A stretch of DNA of 64,000 nt. Origin: a virus. Positions within the stretch are counted from its first letter, which is position 1; every line of letters starts with the position of its first letter. Shown piece by piece: positions 29,559-38,055 of this stretch. The notes below the pieces were generated by a model. That model searched no databases, was not told the origin of the DNA, and was given only the letters and a program-made list of their open reading frames with translations. The position numbers and the translations under genes were made by a program. The stretch spans positions 1 to 64,000 of IMG/VR virus record IMGVR_UViG_3300042327_000544, one strand, 5' to 3'.

Positions 29559-30281
29559 TTAAGCTAGAACTCGGTCAATAATCTTACCGTATTCTGAGCC
29601 GCTATAGTTAGCGTCTGGAAGAAGACGGAATGTTACTGGGAAAGTTGTTGCTGCGTTACGTGCAAGTGAGAATTGTGACTGTTGTACTGACAAAACACGA
29701 CGTGCATAATATACACGCTCTGTTGTTGCGTCTGCTTCTCCTGTTGTTGTAGTTGCTACTGTTGGTGCTTGACCAATTGCAAATAGCTGACGCTCTGTTG
29801 GGGCAATACCAAGTGATCCTGCCTCAAGTCCCAATGTAAGGGTCTTGTCATCTGCTCCAGTTGCACCCTTTGTTGGGTAATCATCTGTTGCAGCACCTGC
29901 TGCTCCTTGCTTGGTTAGTGTTGCTCCTCCTTGACCGAATACTACTAGAACGTTTTCTAGTGTACCTTCGGACATTTCAGTTGCAATCATAACCTCCATA
30001 GCAGACTTGAAAAGCTTTGCTGTATCTAGAAGCTGATCCACTGTTACTGAATCGTAAGTTGGATTGTAAGTGATCTGAAGACCATTGTTTGTAAATCCTA
30101 CGTTACGAACATCTGTAGATGCGTCTAGAGCTGCTGCTGCTTTTGTTCTTGCTGTGAAAGAAATTCCACCAGTTGCTCTGTCTAAAAGGTTTTCCTTATA
30201 TCCAGTTACTGTTGAATCGCTTGTTGAAATGTAGAGCGGTGAAGCTCCTACAAGAATATTTTTGGCTGAGTTAAATGCCAT
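29559..30281 (-). CDS. Major tail tube protein
   Basis: Position; NILVGASPLY, VGFTNNGL, VDQLLD motifs; AGGAGGT RBS; followed by terminator. Confidence 0.88.
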   Translation of the reverse strand: MAFNSAKNILVGASPLYISTSDSTVTGYKENLLDRATGGISFTARTKAAAALDASTDVRNVGFTNNGLQITYNPTYDSVTVDQLLDTAKLFKSAMEVMIATEMSEGTLENVLVVFGQGGATLTKQGAAGAATDDYPTKGATGADDKTLTLGLEAGSLGIAPTERQLFAIGQAPTVATTTTGEADATTERVYYARRVLSVQQSQFSLARNAATTFPVTFRLLPDANYSGSEYGKIIDRVLA

Positions 30282-30366
30282 TATTTCGTACCTCCTGTTT
30301 TCAAAATATATATATATAATTGTAAATCATTAAATCTTGGCTGGCTAGGCCTTTCCTCTATGTACA

Positions 30367-30395
30367 ATAATAGAGTATAATTCGCCCAAAGGCAA
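30367..30395 (-). promoter_or_regulatory. Promoter for major tail gene
   Basis: TTGCCT-17-TATTAT; same -35 as protease promoter. Confidence 0.6.
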
Positions 30396-30396
30396 A

Positions 30397-30906
30397 TTAC
30401 AGGAATCGGCCAGCTGTGTCTATATGTCTTGCGTATTTGACCTCAAGGATCACATCTGCGGACAGGAAACCTGCCAACTCTTCTGATGGAGCCGTTGGGG
30501 AAATATCCGCCACAAATATACTAAAGAATTTAAACTTTTTAGATATGCCAGAGTAGGCATTTGCATCCCTAGCGGACTCATCCATTCTTCTAAATAGGTC
30601 CGTCATTAAGTTTCTAATCTCATTAATCTCTGAAACATCTGTTGAGTAGATGGTAAATAGAATTTGCTCACAGCATATAGCCCAGTTTTCCTCATAGGAT
30701 AAACCGATCTTGTCATAGACTATGTGTTTCTTTCCGCTCAAGAATTGATTTAATTCTGGAGATTGCTGTACAGGAATAATTGGGATAATCTCTTCCCCTA
30801 TATTATCTGAATAGTAGTCAGTTTGTTCAAAAATGTTATTTGACTTTAATTGGCTCCACAGGAACTTTCTTAAATCAATCATTACGTCTGCTTTATAATC
30901 TGTCAT
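30397..30906 (-). CDS. Tail terminator/completion protein
   Basis: Size and position immediately upstream of major tail. Confidence 0.6.
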   Translation of the reverse strand: MTDYKADVMIDLRKFLWSQLKSNNIFEQTDYYSDNIGEEIIPIIPVQQSPELNQFLSGKKHIVYDKIGLSYEENWAICCEQILFTIYSTDVSEINEIRNLMTDLFRRMDESARDANAYSGISKKFKFFSIFVADISPTAPSEELAGFLSADVILEVKYARHIDTAGRFL

Positions 30907-31685
30907 GATACCCCTCCAAATGCTAATTCTACTGCTGAGTCTGCCTGCGTTCTTAATGCATTAGGGCTAAATGAATATTTAACTTTTCTTACGTCACCTG
31001 GAACCTTCATTGCTTTAGTTAATGATGAATTAAATATTTGTTGAAATCCAGATTTTTTAATTGACAAACTTACTAGATTACCTGTAAAGAATTGTGCATA
31101 GGCGATTCGGAATCTTCCTGTTGCCTTGCCTCCTCCTGGCCTTGTAACGGTCACAGAGGCGCCTTTAGGCATGTAGACTACGCCAGTACTAGTTTCAAAT
31201 ACTAGGCGCTCTGCGAACCTAGGGCGGATTACTAGAGGCATTCCAGCTTCCATCACAGAAGCTTTACTAATAAATACGTGTTTTCTACTTCCAAATTCAT
31301 TAGGCACTGCTGACTTAGATGGCAAGAAACTAGAGGCAATTTTAAATGAAAGACCGTCTGTTGATAATACGTTTAATTTAAATAGCCTAGATCCTTTATT
31401 TCCGACTTTATTCCACTCGTACACGTGGTGTAATGACTTAGGATTTATTCTTGACTGAGAATCTACATATAGCCCAAAGTCTTGATCTATCTGTTTAAAT
31501 ATAACAGATTGAAATTTCTTTTCAAATGCTTTACTTGTTGTTAGTCTAGACACAACTTGAGCTTGATAATATATCGCAGCAGATATTTGGGCTACTGTGC
31601 TATCCTTCAAAATAGTTCCGCTAGTGCCAGACATACCTTTTTGTAGACCGCTGGCTGCCGTAACTAATAGTGTACTATTGTCCAA
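30903..31685 (-). CDS. Neck/tail completion protein
   Basis: Position in head-tail joining block; basic; KASVMEAG motif. Confidence 0.5.
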   Translation of the reverse strand: MDNSTLLVTAASGLQKGMSGTSGTILKDSTVAQISAAIYYQAQVVSRLTTSKAFEKKFQSVIFKQIDQDFGLYVDSQSRINPKSLHHVYEWNKVGNKGSRLFKLNVLSTDGLSFKIASSFLPSKSAVPNEFGSRKHVFISKASVMEAGMPLVIRPRFAERLVFETSTGVVYMPKGASVTVTRPGGGKATGRFRIAYAQFFTGNLVSLSIKKSGFQQIFNSSLTKAMKVPGDVRKVKYSFSPNALRTQADSAVELAFGGVS

Positions 31686-32103
31686 TTGTCTGGTTTTCCG
31701 ATCTCTTGACAGTAGAGTTATATCCCACTGTGCCGCCGAACGGGTCTGTCATTGGAGTTGTTCCTATTACCTCAAAAACTGTAGGAGTGTTGGTTGGAAA
31801 ATTTAATTCTTCCCATATAGTGTTGCCATCATGGTCTCTAATGTTTGTAATTTTTTCTCTTAATGTTACTTGCTCTGATGTTCTAATCTGTAACACTTCT
31901 TCATTAGTATACTTATTGGAAAACTTTTGTCCGTCTTTAGTAATGCTTGAAGCAGAGTTGCTTATGTTGCCCTTTGCGCTACAGGATACAGTTCTGTCAT
32001 ATTGCCATTCTTTTTTTATTGAGCCTGTATCTGGATCCTGCGAATCAACTGGCTTATAGACATCCATAAACATTGGGAGTATCGAGTCAACAAGAGCATA
32101 CAT
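31675..32103 (-). CDS. Head closure (stopper) protein
   Basis: 142 aa beta-rich, QDPDTGSIKKEW, after adaptor. Confidence 0.6.
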   Translation of the reverse strand: MYALVDSILPMFMDVYKPVDSQDPDTGSIKKEWQYDRTVSCSAKGNISNSASSITKDGQKFSNKYTNEEVLQIRTSEQVTLREKITNIRDHDGNTIWEELNFPTNTPTVFEVIGTTPMTDPFGGTVGYNSTVKRSENQTIGQ

Positions 32104-33083
32104 TATATAACAACCATTTGATTGAGAACATATGGGAGAAGTAATTGATCTGCATAGAGATTACCCGTTCCTGAATATACCCCCGAATTGTACTCAAATT
32201 TCCAGTCAAATGTCTGTATTGACTTCATATACTTATTACGCCAGACCTTGTCTTTTGAAAAATAATCTTTCATTAATTCAATACATGCAAGATCAACCTC
32301 ATCTGGAACTTCTTTCCATCCAAATTTACCTTGCACACGATATGTTCCACCTGTATTAAAGGATCCACCCCACGTATCACTTATAGTTGGAGGGACCATT
32401 CCGTTTGCTATATATACCGTATTGTCTAGCATGTTGGCCCTGTTAACTCTTATGCCAAATCCGCTTTCAGAAATTACTGTATTAAAATTCCAATTATTAA
32501 CTGAATTTAATGTGTCTAGTAGCAGGATGTCGTTTTGATATAGTTTGTATAAGGTTGATATTTTGTATGGAAGTGGAAGCACATCGGATCCTGAGCCATA
32601 CGCAGTTTGAATATCATCATATAAAAAGAATTGCTGCCTTGTGTAAGCCTCAATAAGTTTTCTTGCATATCTTTCAGCGTTTGCCAATTCGGCATATGAC
32701 TTAGTGTTAGGATCTGAATAATCAGACCCCAATCCTAAAGATTCGATTGCCTGGCTCATATCGGTATACGGGGTCTGCACAAATATTTTATTATCTTTTT
32801 GTGTAGAGGTTCCGCCAACTGAATATGTCCAGCTTAATTTTAATTGTCTTTGTCTGTCTGTGTAGGCTAAAGGAATATATACAATATACGTTCCTGCATC
32901 TACTTCTGACTTGACAGGGGTTAATGTTGAAAGTATCGTGGCAGGATTAATTGCTGGAGATACTCCTGGATCTTCTGTAATGTCATATAGTCTTACAACT
33001 GGAAGGCTATCTGAATCAGTTAGCTGTCCCTGCCAAAACACCTTATGTGTTATTGGTGAATTTGAACCTACTAGAATTTCCAT
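32103..33083 (-). CDS. Head-tail adaptor with N-terminal Ig-like extension
   Basis: ARKLIEAYTRQQF, GKFGWKEVPDEVDLAC, TGNLYADQLLLPY. Confidence 0.75.
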   Translation of the reverse strand: MEILVGSNSPITHKVFWQGQLTDSDSLPVVRLYDITEDPGVSPAINPATILSTLTPVKSEVDAGTYIVYIPLAYTDRQRQLKLSWTYSVGGTSTQKDNKIFVQTPYTDMSQAIESLGLGSDYSDPNTKSYAELANAERYARKLIEAYTRQQFFLYDDIQTAYGSGSDVLPLPYKISTLYKLYQNDILLLDTLNSVNNWNFNTVISESGFGIRVNRANMLDNTVYIANGMVPPTISDTWGGSFNTGGTYRVQGKFGWKEVPDEVDLACIELMKDYFSKDKVWRNKYMKSIQTFDWKFEYNSGVYSGTGNLYADQLLLPYVLNQMVVI

Positions 33084-33093
33084 TTAATAAAGG

Positions 33094-33501
33094 TTAAGCG
33101 TAGTACTCCTGAACTTCCTTTGGAGTTGCTAAGCGGAAACCCTCCTCCTTGTCAAAAATTTCTTGAGCATCTTCTTCTGTCATTGCAACAAATGGGTGCT
33201 CTTTTGTGAATGTAAATCCTTGTATATCATACCTAAAATTTTCTCTAGTCATTCTAACTAGAACCGTATCTTCTGGCTGAGCATCTGGATTAAATCTAGG
33301 CAGAATCTCTTCTGCGTTTTCGCTGAATTCGTCTGTGGCGTCTTCAATATCTTTAATTGTTTTTTGATAAACAGACCATGTGACTCCCTCTTCTGCAAGG
33401 GCGGCAACAATATCTGCCTTACTCTTAATTCCATCAGTATCAACTGCAAAGTCCTCTGCAACTTTTCTGAGTTCTGCTACTTTCAATGTCTCAAATGACA
33501 T
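33094..33501 (-). CDS. Rho-N/HeH-like domain protein downstream of capsid
   Basis: LKVAELRKVAEDFAVD..SKADIVAAL. Confidence 0.6.
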   Translation of the reverse strand: MSFETLKVAELRKVAEDFAVDTDGIKSKADIVAALAEEGVTWSVYQKTIKDIEDATDEFSENAEEILPRFNPDAQPEDTVLVRMTRENFRYDIQGFTFTKEHPFVAMTEEDAQEIFDKEEGFRLATPKEVQEYYA

Positions 33502-33526
33502 ATATTCTCCTTTGTTAGGTCCTTTA

Positions 33527-33535
33527 ATTATAGCA
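33527..33535 (-). promoter_or_regulatory. Extended -10 promoter after capsid terminator
   Basis: TGCTATAAT. Confidence 0.6.
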
Positions 33536-33550
33536 TTGATAAATTAAAAT

Positions 33551-33582
33551 GAAAAGCCCCTAAAATTAATTAGGGGCCTTTC
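33551..33582 (-). terminator. Intrinsic terminator after major capsid gene
   Basis: GAAAGGCCCCTAA-TTAATT-TTAGGGGCTTTTC then ATTTT. Confidence 0.85.
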
Positions 33583-33603
33583 GGGGGTTTTATCTTAAAT
33601 TAA

Positions 33604-34653
33604 TTAAGAAGCAACCTTAACGTTCTTTACAACTACCCAAGCGTCTGCCTGCTCGATCTGAACGCCAACACGAGTATACATTGTGTACTCAATTGTGTCC
33701 TTACGTGGCTGGAAGAAGCGGTAGACAGTTACATCACGCTTGATACCAATAACTACGTTATTTGGGAATGTCAAGTGGATATCTCCGTGTGAGCCTGATG
33801 CTCCTGATTGTGTTCCAGTTTGTGTCTCTGAAAGAAGTGGAACTTCAACAATCGGAATACCGAATGCGAATGGTGCCACATATCCTGCAGGTCCACCTAG
33901 TGGTGCAACTCCACCACGGATAACGCTTGAAGCGATATCTTGTGGAATTGTTTGGTTTGTTCCAATGCTGTTAGCATATAGGAAATCTTGAATCAAGTTT
34001 GATCCAGCAAGGAAGCGAAGGTCTCCACGACGTTGCTTGTACTTACGTGGCATAGCCTTAAGTGCCTTGTTGAATACTTCACGAGAAACTCCAGCGCCAG
34101 CTGCGTCTACGACACGACCTGATGCCTTTGCCTTCTTTACAACGCCATCAAATGACTTGTAAAGTGCGTCTCCTGAAAGAGCTGTGTCACCGTTAAGAAG
34201 AACATCTTCGATGTCGTTTCCTGCCTGTGTTGCCATCAAACGTGCAATGTGATCTTCTAGATCTGCACCTTCGATGTTATCTTCTAGAGATTCTGTTGAA
34301 AGCTCCCAGTCCATGCGGAGTTTCTTTGTTGTTAAAGAGATTTTTGAGAAAGTTACACCACTGTTTGTTGCGGTGTTGTCTGCCTCGGTTGCAAGCTTCA
34401 TAAGCTTCTCACCAACGGACATACGGTCAATCTCGGCTGTGTCTGACTTCATACGAACTGTACGTGCGACCTTACCGATAACGGTTGCGTCGAACATATA
34501 ATCAAGGAAGCGAGCAGACTGTTCTGGGTTAAGAAGTCCGCCGTTGCCATTTTCTGAAGCTACGTGTACTCCTGTTCCACCAGTTGCGGAGCCGAATCCT
34601 GTTGATAACTGAGTACCAGCGTTTACGGCTTTTTCTAATGTTTCATTGCTCAT
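33604..34653 (-). CDS. Major capsid protein (HK97 fold)
   Basis: GGLLNPEQSARFLD, ELSTESLEDNIEG, LLNGD, DGVVKKA, FGIPIVEVP; follows protease. Confidence 0.93.
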   Translation of the reverse strand: MSNETLEKAVNAGTQLSTGFGSATGGTGVHVASENGNGGLLNPEQSARFLDYMFDATVIGKVARTVRMKSDTAEIDRMSVGEKLMKLATEADNTATNSGVTFSKISLTTKKLRMDWELSTESLEDNIEGADLEDHIARLMATQAGNDIEDVLLNGDTALSGDALYKSFDGVVKKAKASGRVVDAAGAGVSREVFNKALKAMPRKYKQRRGDLRFLAGSNLIQDFLYANSIGTNQTIPQDIASSVIRGGVAPLGGPAGYVAPFAFGIPIVEVPLLSETQTGTQSGASGSHGDIHLTFPNNVVIGIKRDVTVYRFFQPRKDTIEYTMYTRVGVQIEQADAWVVVKNVKVAS

Positions 34654-34668
34654 TATTTTATACCTACC

Positions 34669-35229
34669 TTAGTTGAATATTTCGTTTACGGAACCGAGGA
34701 AAGAACCGTTCCATTTAGATTTTTTGATTGTTACTTCTTCTGATCGGCCAAGATCTGAAGACTTCTTAATTGCAGTCTCTGATTCTACTGCGTCGACACG
34801 CTTTTGTACACCATCAATCGTGCTCTTGATGTTATTTACAGCGCTTGAAAGTGCTGTGTGTTGTTCTGCCAACTCTGAAATTCTAGCATCTACGCTCTTG
34901 CTGAAAGATTCAACAGTCTCTTGGATTGTTGTTACTTGTGCTGCATTTGCTTCAGATGCCTTATTTAGAGTTTCTGAGAAAAAGCCTTTTAGATCGCCTA
35001 ACATCTTCGCAAAATCAGGTTCATCAACCTTATCTTCTGATACTTCGGCTGCTTTTTCCAGAGTCTCGGCAGGAACGTCTTCTGCTACTGCTTCTGCAGG
35101 AGCTTCAGCTGGAGCTGCATCATCTGCAACTACTGCTGTATCTTCAACGGCTGTTTCTTCTGCTACTGCTTCGGCTGGTGCCTCTACTGCAACATCTTCG
35201 ACAACTACGTTTTCTGTATTATCTGACAT
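34669..35229 (-). CDS. Nested in-frame scaffolding protein
   Basis: AAGGAGGT-6 nt-ATG (MSDNTENVV) inside protease gene. Confidence 0.7.
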   Translation of the reverse strand: MSDNTENVVVEDVAVEAPAEAVAEETAVEDTAVVADDAAPAEAPAEAVAEDVPAETLEKAAEVSEDKVDEPDFAKMLGDLKGFFSETLNKASEANAAQVTTIQETVESFSKSVDARISELAEQHTALSSAVNNIKSTIDGVQKRVDAVESETAIKKSSDLGRSEEVTIKKSKWNGSFLGSVNEIFN

Positions 35230-36018
35230 TTCATTACCTCCTTCTGCGTTTGCCTGTTTTGCAATTGTTTGTGTTTCAGGCAACGTAAATCTTGAGTGCT
35301 TATATGCATCAAGAATCTTATCAATCTCTTTTGCTTTGTTAACATCTGAGCTCTCAACCCAACCAATTAGTTGTGCTGGCTTACCAGAAACTGGTGAGTC
35401 ATATGTCTTCTCTGTTGAGATAAAAACAGAGTTACTGTCTTCACAGTAAAAGATATTTTCTGTTACTACTTCGGTTGCAATTCCTTTAAATATCAATTGG
35501 CCATTTACCTTTTGAATAGATAGAACATTGCAAAGCTCATTTGCTGGAGAATCTACAATTGATAATTCAATCAAATCATAATCCTTAATAAATCTTACTG
35601 TCTTACCATTCGCCTTGTTGACTTCGTTATCAGACTCATTAATCTTTCCGCCGATTGAGAATCCAGATAGGGTGCCGTCTAGAACCTTTTCCCAAGTATC
35701 TTGTGCGCCCTTTGAAATGTATGCTGTTACATAAACTCCGTTATAAAATTCTTTAGTTGCTGGGTCGTAAAAAGTTTCTGGCTTAAATGAAACCATCTTT
35801 CCAACTGCAAGAGATCCGTGCATCTCACGAATGTTCCCACGAAAATTTTCAAATGCTTTTACGCTTGCTTCCGCTGTTACAACGTCATTTGTCTGGTCAA
35901 TATTGTCTAGTGTTGCAAACCCAGAAACCGTTCTCTTTTCACGGTTAACTTTAGTGAAAGGTACAGACAAGTTAATGTCATTGCCATGGCTAGTCCATAA
36001 AGACTTTTCAATATTCAT
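34669..36018 (-). CDS. Prohead protease (HK97/U35-like) fused to scaffold
   Basis: REMH, WEKVLDGTLSGFSIGG, ELSIVDSPAN; Ala/Glu-rich linker and coiled-coil C-terminus. Confidence 0.9.
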   Translation of the reverse strand: MNIEKSLWTSHGNDINLSVPFTKVNREKRTVSGFATLDNIDQTNDVVTAEASVKAFENFRGNIREMHGSLAVGKMVSFKPETFYDPATKEFYNGVYVTAYISKGAQDTWEKVLDGTLSGFSIGGKINESDNEVNKANGKTVRFIKDYDLIELSIVDSPANELCNVLSIQKVNGQLIFKGIATEVVTENIFYCEDSNSVFISTEKTYDSPVSGKPAQLIGWVESSDVNKAKEIDKILDAYKHSRFTLPETQTIAKQANAEGGNEMSDNTENVVVEDVAVEAPAEAVAEETAVEDTAVVADDAAPAEAPAEAVAEDVPAETLEKAAEVSEDKVDEPDFAKMLGDLKGFFSETLNKASEANAAQVTTIQETVESFSKSVDARISELAEQHTALSSAVNNIKSTIDGVQKRVDAVESETAIKKSSDLGRSEEVTIKKSKWNGSFLGSVNEIFN

Positions 36019-36025
36019 ATGCTTA

Positions 36026-36054
36026 ATTTTAGCGACTTATAGATAAAAAGGCAA
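36026..36054 (-). promoter_or_regulatory. Promoter for protease/capsid, leaderless
   Basis: TTGCCT-17-TAAAAT, 7 nt before ATG 36018. Confidence 0.65.
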
Positions 36055-36071
36055 ATAACAGTTGAGTAGAG

Positions 36072-37655
36072 TTAGTCAACCTGTCTTCCGTCGCCCTTGG
36101 CATTTCGTCCTTCTCCAGAATTATCTGGGGCGTTTGCCTGTCGGTCTTGGGATCTTTGTCTGGTATTTCCAGCTTGGGCTGTTTGCTCTGCGGCATCCTG
36201 ACCCTTCAAATCTACCACTTCGTCTCCGCCTTCAAGAGGAATCATACCCTTTCTAATTCGAACTTCATTAGGGGTAATTACTTGCATTCTTAAATATCTT
36301 TCGTCAATCTTAGACTGGGTATCTTCGTCAGTAAGAGTTAACTCATTAAATTTAAGGGTTAGCGCATCTGTCTTTTCCTCAAATATTTTATTTAATTTTT
36401 TCTCTAAAATCATTTGTGCTGGGCGGCAAACCTGCTCTTTAAATGTTTTATCGGCATCTCTTGCTACTGCTAAATTAACTCCCTCTGGGGTTCCAATTTT
36501 ATTAATTGGGACACGGTGGGCCAGCAGGATTTCATCTCTATTTGATTTGCGATAAACATTAAATGAAGATTCCTGTGGGTTAGCCTCAACTGGTTCCATT
36601 TTAAATTCGGTTTTTGAGTCTGGGGTGTCTCCTGGAAGTGGAATATATAGAGATCTGTGGTTCTTGCCCTTAAGTCCAACTTGGAAAAATTCAAGCAATT
36701 TGCGCTCTGACTCTGGAGAAAGCTTTGCTCCCTTTACTGTAATGATATATCTTGGGACCGCTTTGTTTTCAAAGTAATCAAGGTTATATCTTCCAGACAA
36801 TTCGTTACCCGCCAAAGAAACCTGGGCTGCAATAATATCTGCAACTCCGTAGTAGTTGTTCATTGGGGTATACTTTTTTAAATGAATAATTTCATTTGGG
36901 CGATCTTCTTGTCCCGCAATTGGGTTCTCTGTTTCTGAGTCTCCAAAGTTGTTAAAGAATACTGCCTTTCCGTAAAGCAATTGAATAAAGCCATCTCTTA
37001 GTCTACGCACACGCATAGTCTTTGCGGGGATATGCCCGATATATCCGATATTTCCAGCAGTGGTTCTACCTACTTCAATGTAGCCATTTCCAGTTGCTTC
37101 GTAGTCTGTAAATACCTTAATTAATGTTTGAGTAAATGTATCTTCATCATTTGTTGTATCAAGCCACGCATGAAGATCCTGTCTTAATTTGCTTAGCTTT
37201 CTACGTGCTCTTTCAAGAGACTTATCATCTGTAAGTGAATCAATAGCATCATTTGTTTTCTTTGTTTCTATAAAATCATATCCTAGCCCGACAATGTTTG
37301 CCACCTTGGCATTAATTGCTGCATAGTTGTATGTTGAAATCTCATATACTTTTGAAAGATACTCTAGGTTGTATGGAGGTTCTATCAAGTCAAACATTGC
37401 ATAGCCAGTAATTGCTTGTGCCAATAGATTTTGCTGTGTTCCAGTTTCTTCTCGGCCAGTGAACGACTTAGAAAATTCTCTATTTATCTTACGCTTAAAC
37501 GAAGATCCTAGGCCTCTAACCTTTTTAAGATCCTCTAGGCCTGCCAAAAATGGATCGGTTGTTGTTTCATTTTTTTCTAGCGAGAACCAGTCTGCGTTAT
37601 TTGAAATGTTAATTATATTTTCTGAGTTGTCTTCATCAAGAAATTCTGCGCTCAT
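36072..37655 (-). CDS. Portal protein (HK97/PBSX-like)
   Basis: EPPY, DYEATGNGYIEV, EIIHLK..YYG, YFENKAVP, AHRVP..IG, TPNEVR. Confidence 0.93.
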   Translation of the reverse strand: MSAEFLDEDNSENIINISNNADWFSLEKNETTTDPFLAGLEDLKKVRGLGSSFKRKINREFSKSFTGREETGTQQNLLAQAITGYAMFDLIEPPYNLEYLSKVYEISTYNYAAINAKVANIVGLGYDFIETKKTNDAIDSLTDDKSLERARRKLSKLRQDLHAWLDTTNDEDTFTQTLIKVFTDYEATGNGYIEVGRTTAGNIGYIGHIPAKTMRVRRLRDGFIQLLYGKAVFFNNFGDSETENPIAGQEDRPNEIIHLKKYTPMNNYYGVADIIAAQVSLAGNELSGRYNLDYFENKAVPRYIITVKGAKLSPESERKLLEFFQVGLKGKNHRSLYIPLPGDTPDSKTEFKMEPVEANPQESSFNVYRKSNRDEILLAHRVPINKIGTPEGVNLAVARDADKTFKEQVCRPAQMILEKKLNKIFEEKTDALTLKFNELTLTDEDTQSKIDERYLRMQVITPNEVRIRKGMIPLEGGDEVVDLKGQDAAEQTAQAGNTRQRSQDRQANAPDNSGEGRNAKGDGRQVD

Positions 37656-37993
37656 CTTAACCCCTTTAGCTTTTTCATTTCGTCCTTATAGTTACCGATA
37701 TCAAATGGATCAGGAACTAGTCCCCAATCGAGTCTTTGTTTTTGGTGCTCAAATTCTTCATCATCAATTTTCCTTCTAGCGGAAAGAAATTTAGGCCCGC
37801 CTTCGTATATGCCGAACGTGCGAACTTCTCTAGCCAAAGCATCGATGTTGGCTCTATTTCCTTTTTTGGACGTGATCGAAAGAAAGTTCCCATCATCATC
37901 TCCAATCCATCTGCCATCTGGCATTTCCCAGACATAGATGCCAAGTATCGACTCTTCTTCAAGAATCTTGCTATTCGTTCTGTTAATATCCAT
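37652..37993 (-). CDS. Hypothetical protein coupled to portal
   Basis: ATGA overlap with portal; preceded by promoter. Confidence 0.75.
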   Translation of the reverse strand: MDINRTNSKILEEESILGIYVWEMPDGRWIGDDDGNFLSITSKKGNRANIDALAREVRTFGIYEGGPKFLSARRKIDDEEFEHQKQRLDWGLVPDPFDIGNYKDEMKKLKGLR

Positions 37994-38001
37994 ATGACTT
38001 T

Positions 38002-38030
38002 ATTTTACCATTATTGTCTACTCAAGTCCA
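38002..38030 (-). promoter_or_regulatory. Promoter upstream of portal operon
   Basis: TGGACT-17-TAAAAT with TG extension, 8 nt before ATG. Confidence 0.55.
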
Positions 38031-38055
38031 GCTTTTTGTCAACCCATGTGACAAA

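Noticed and set aside
34673-35449. 258-aa plus-strand ORF
   Set aside because: Antisense of Ala/Glu-rich scaffold; open only because of codon bias
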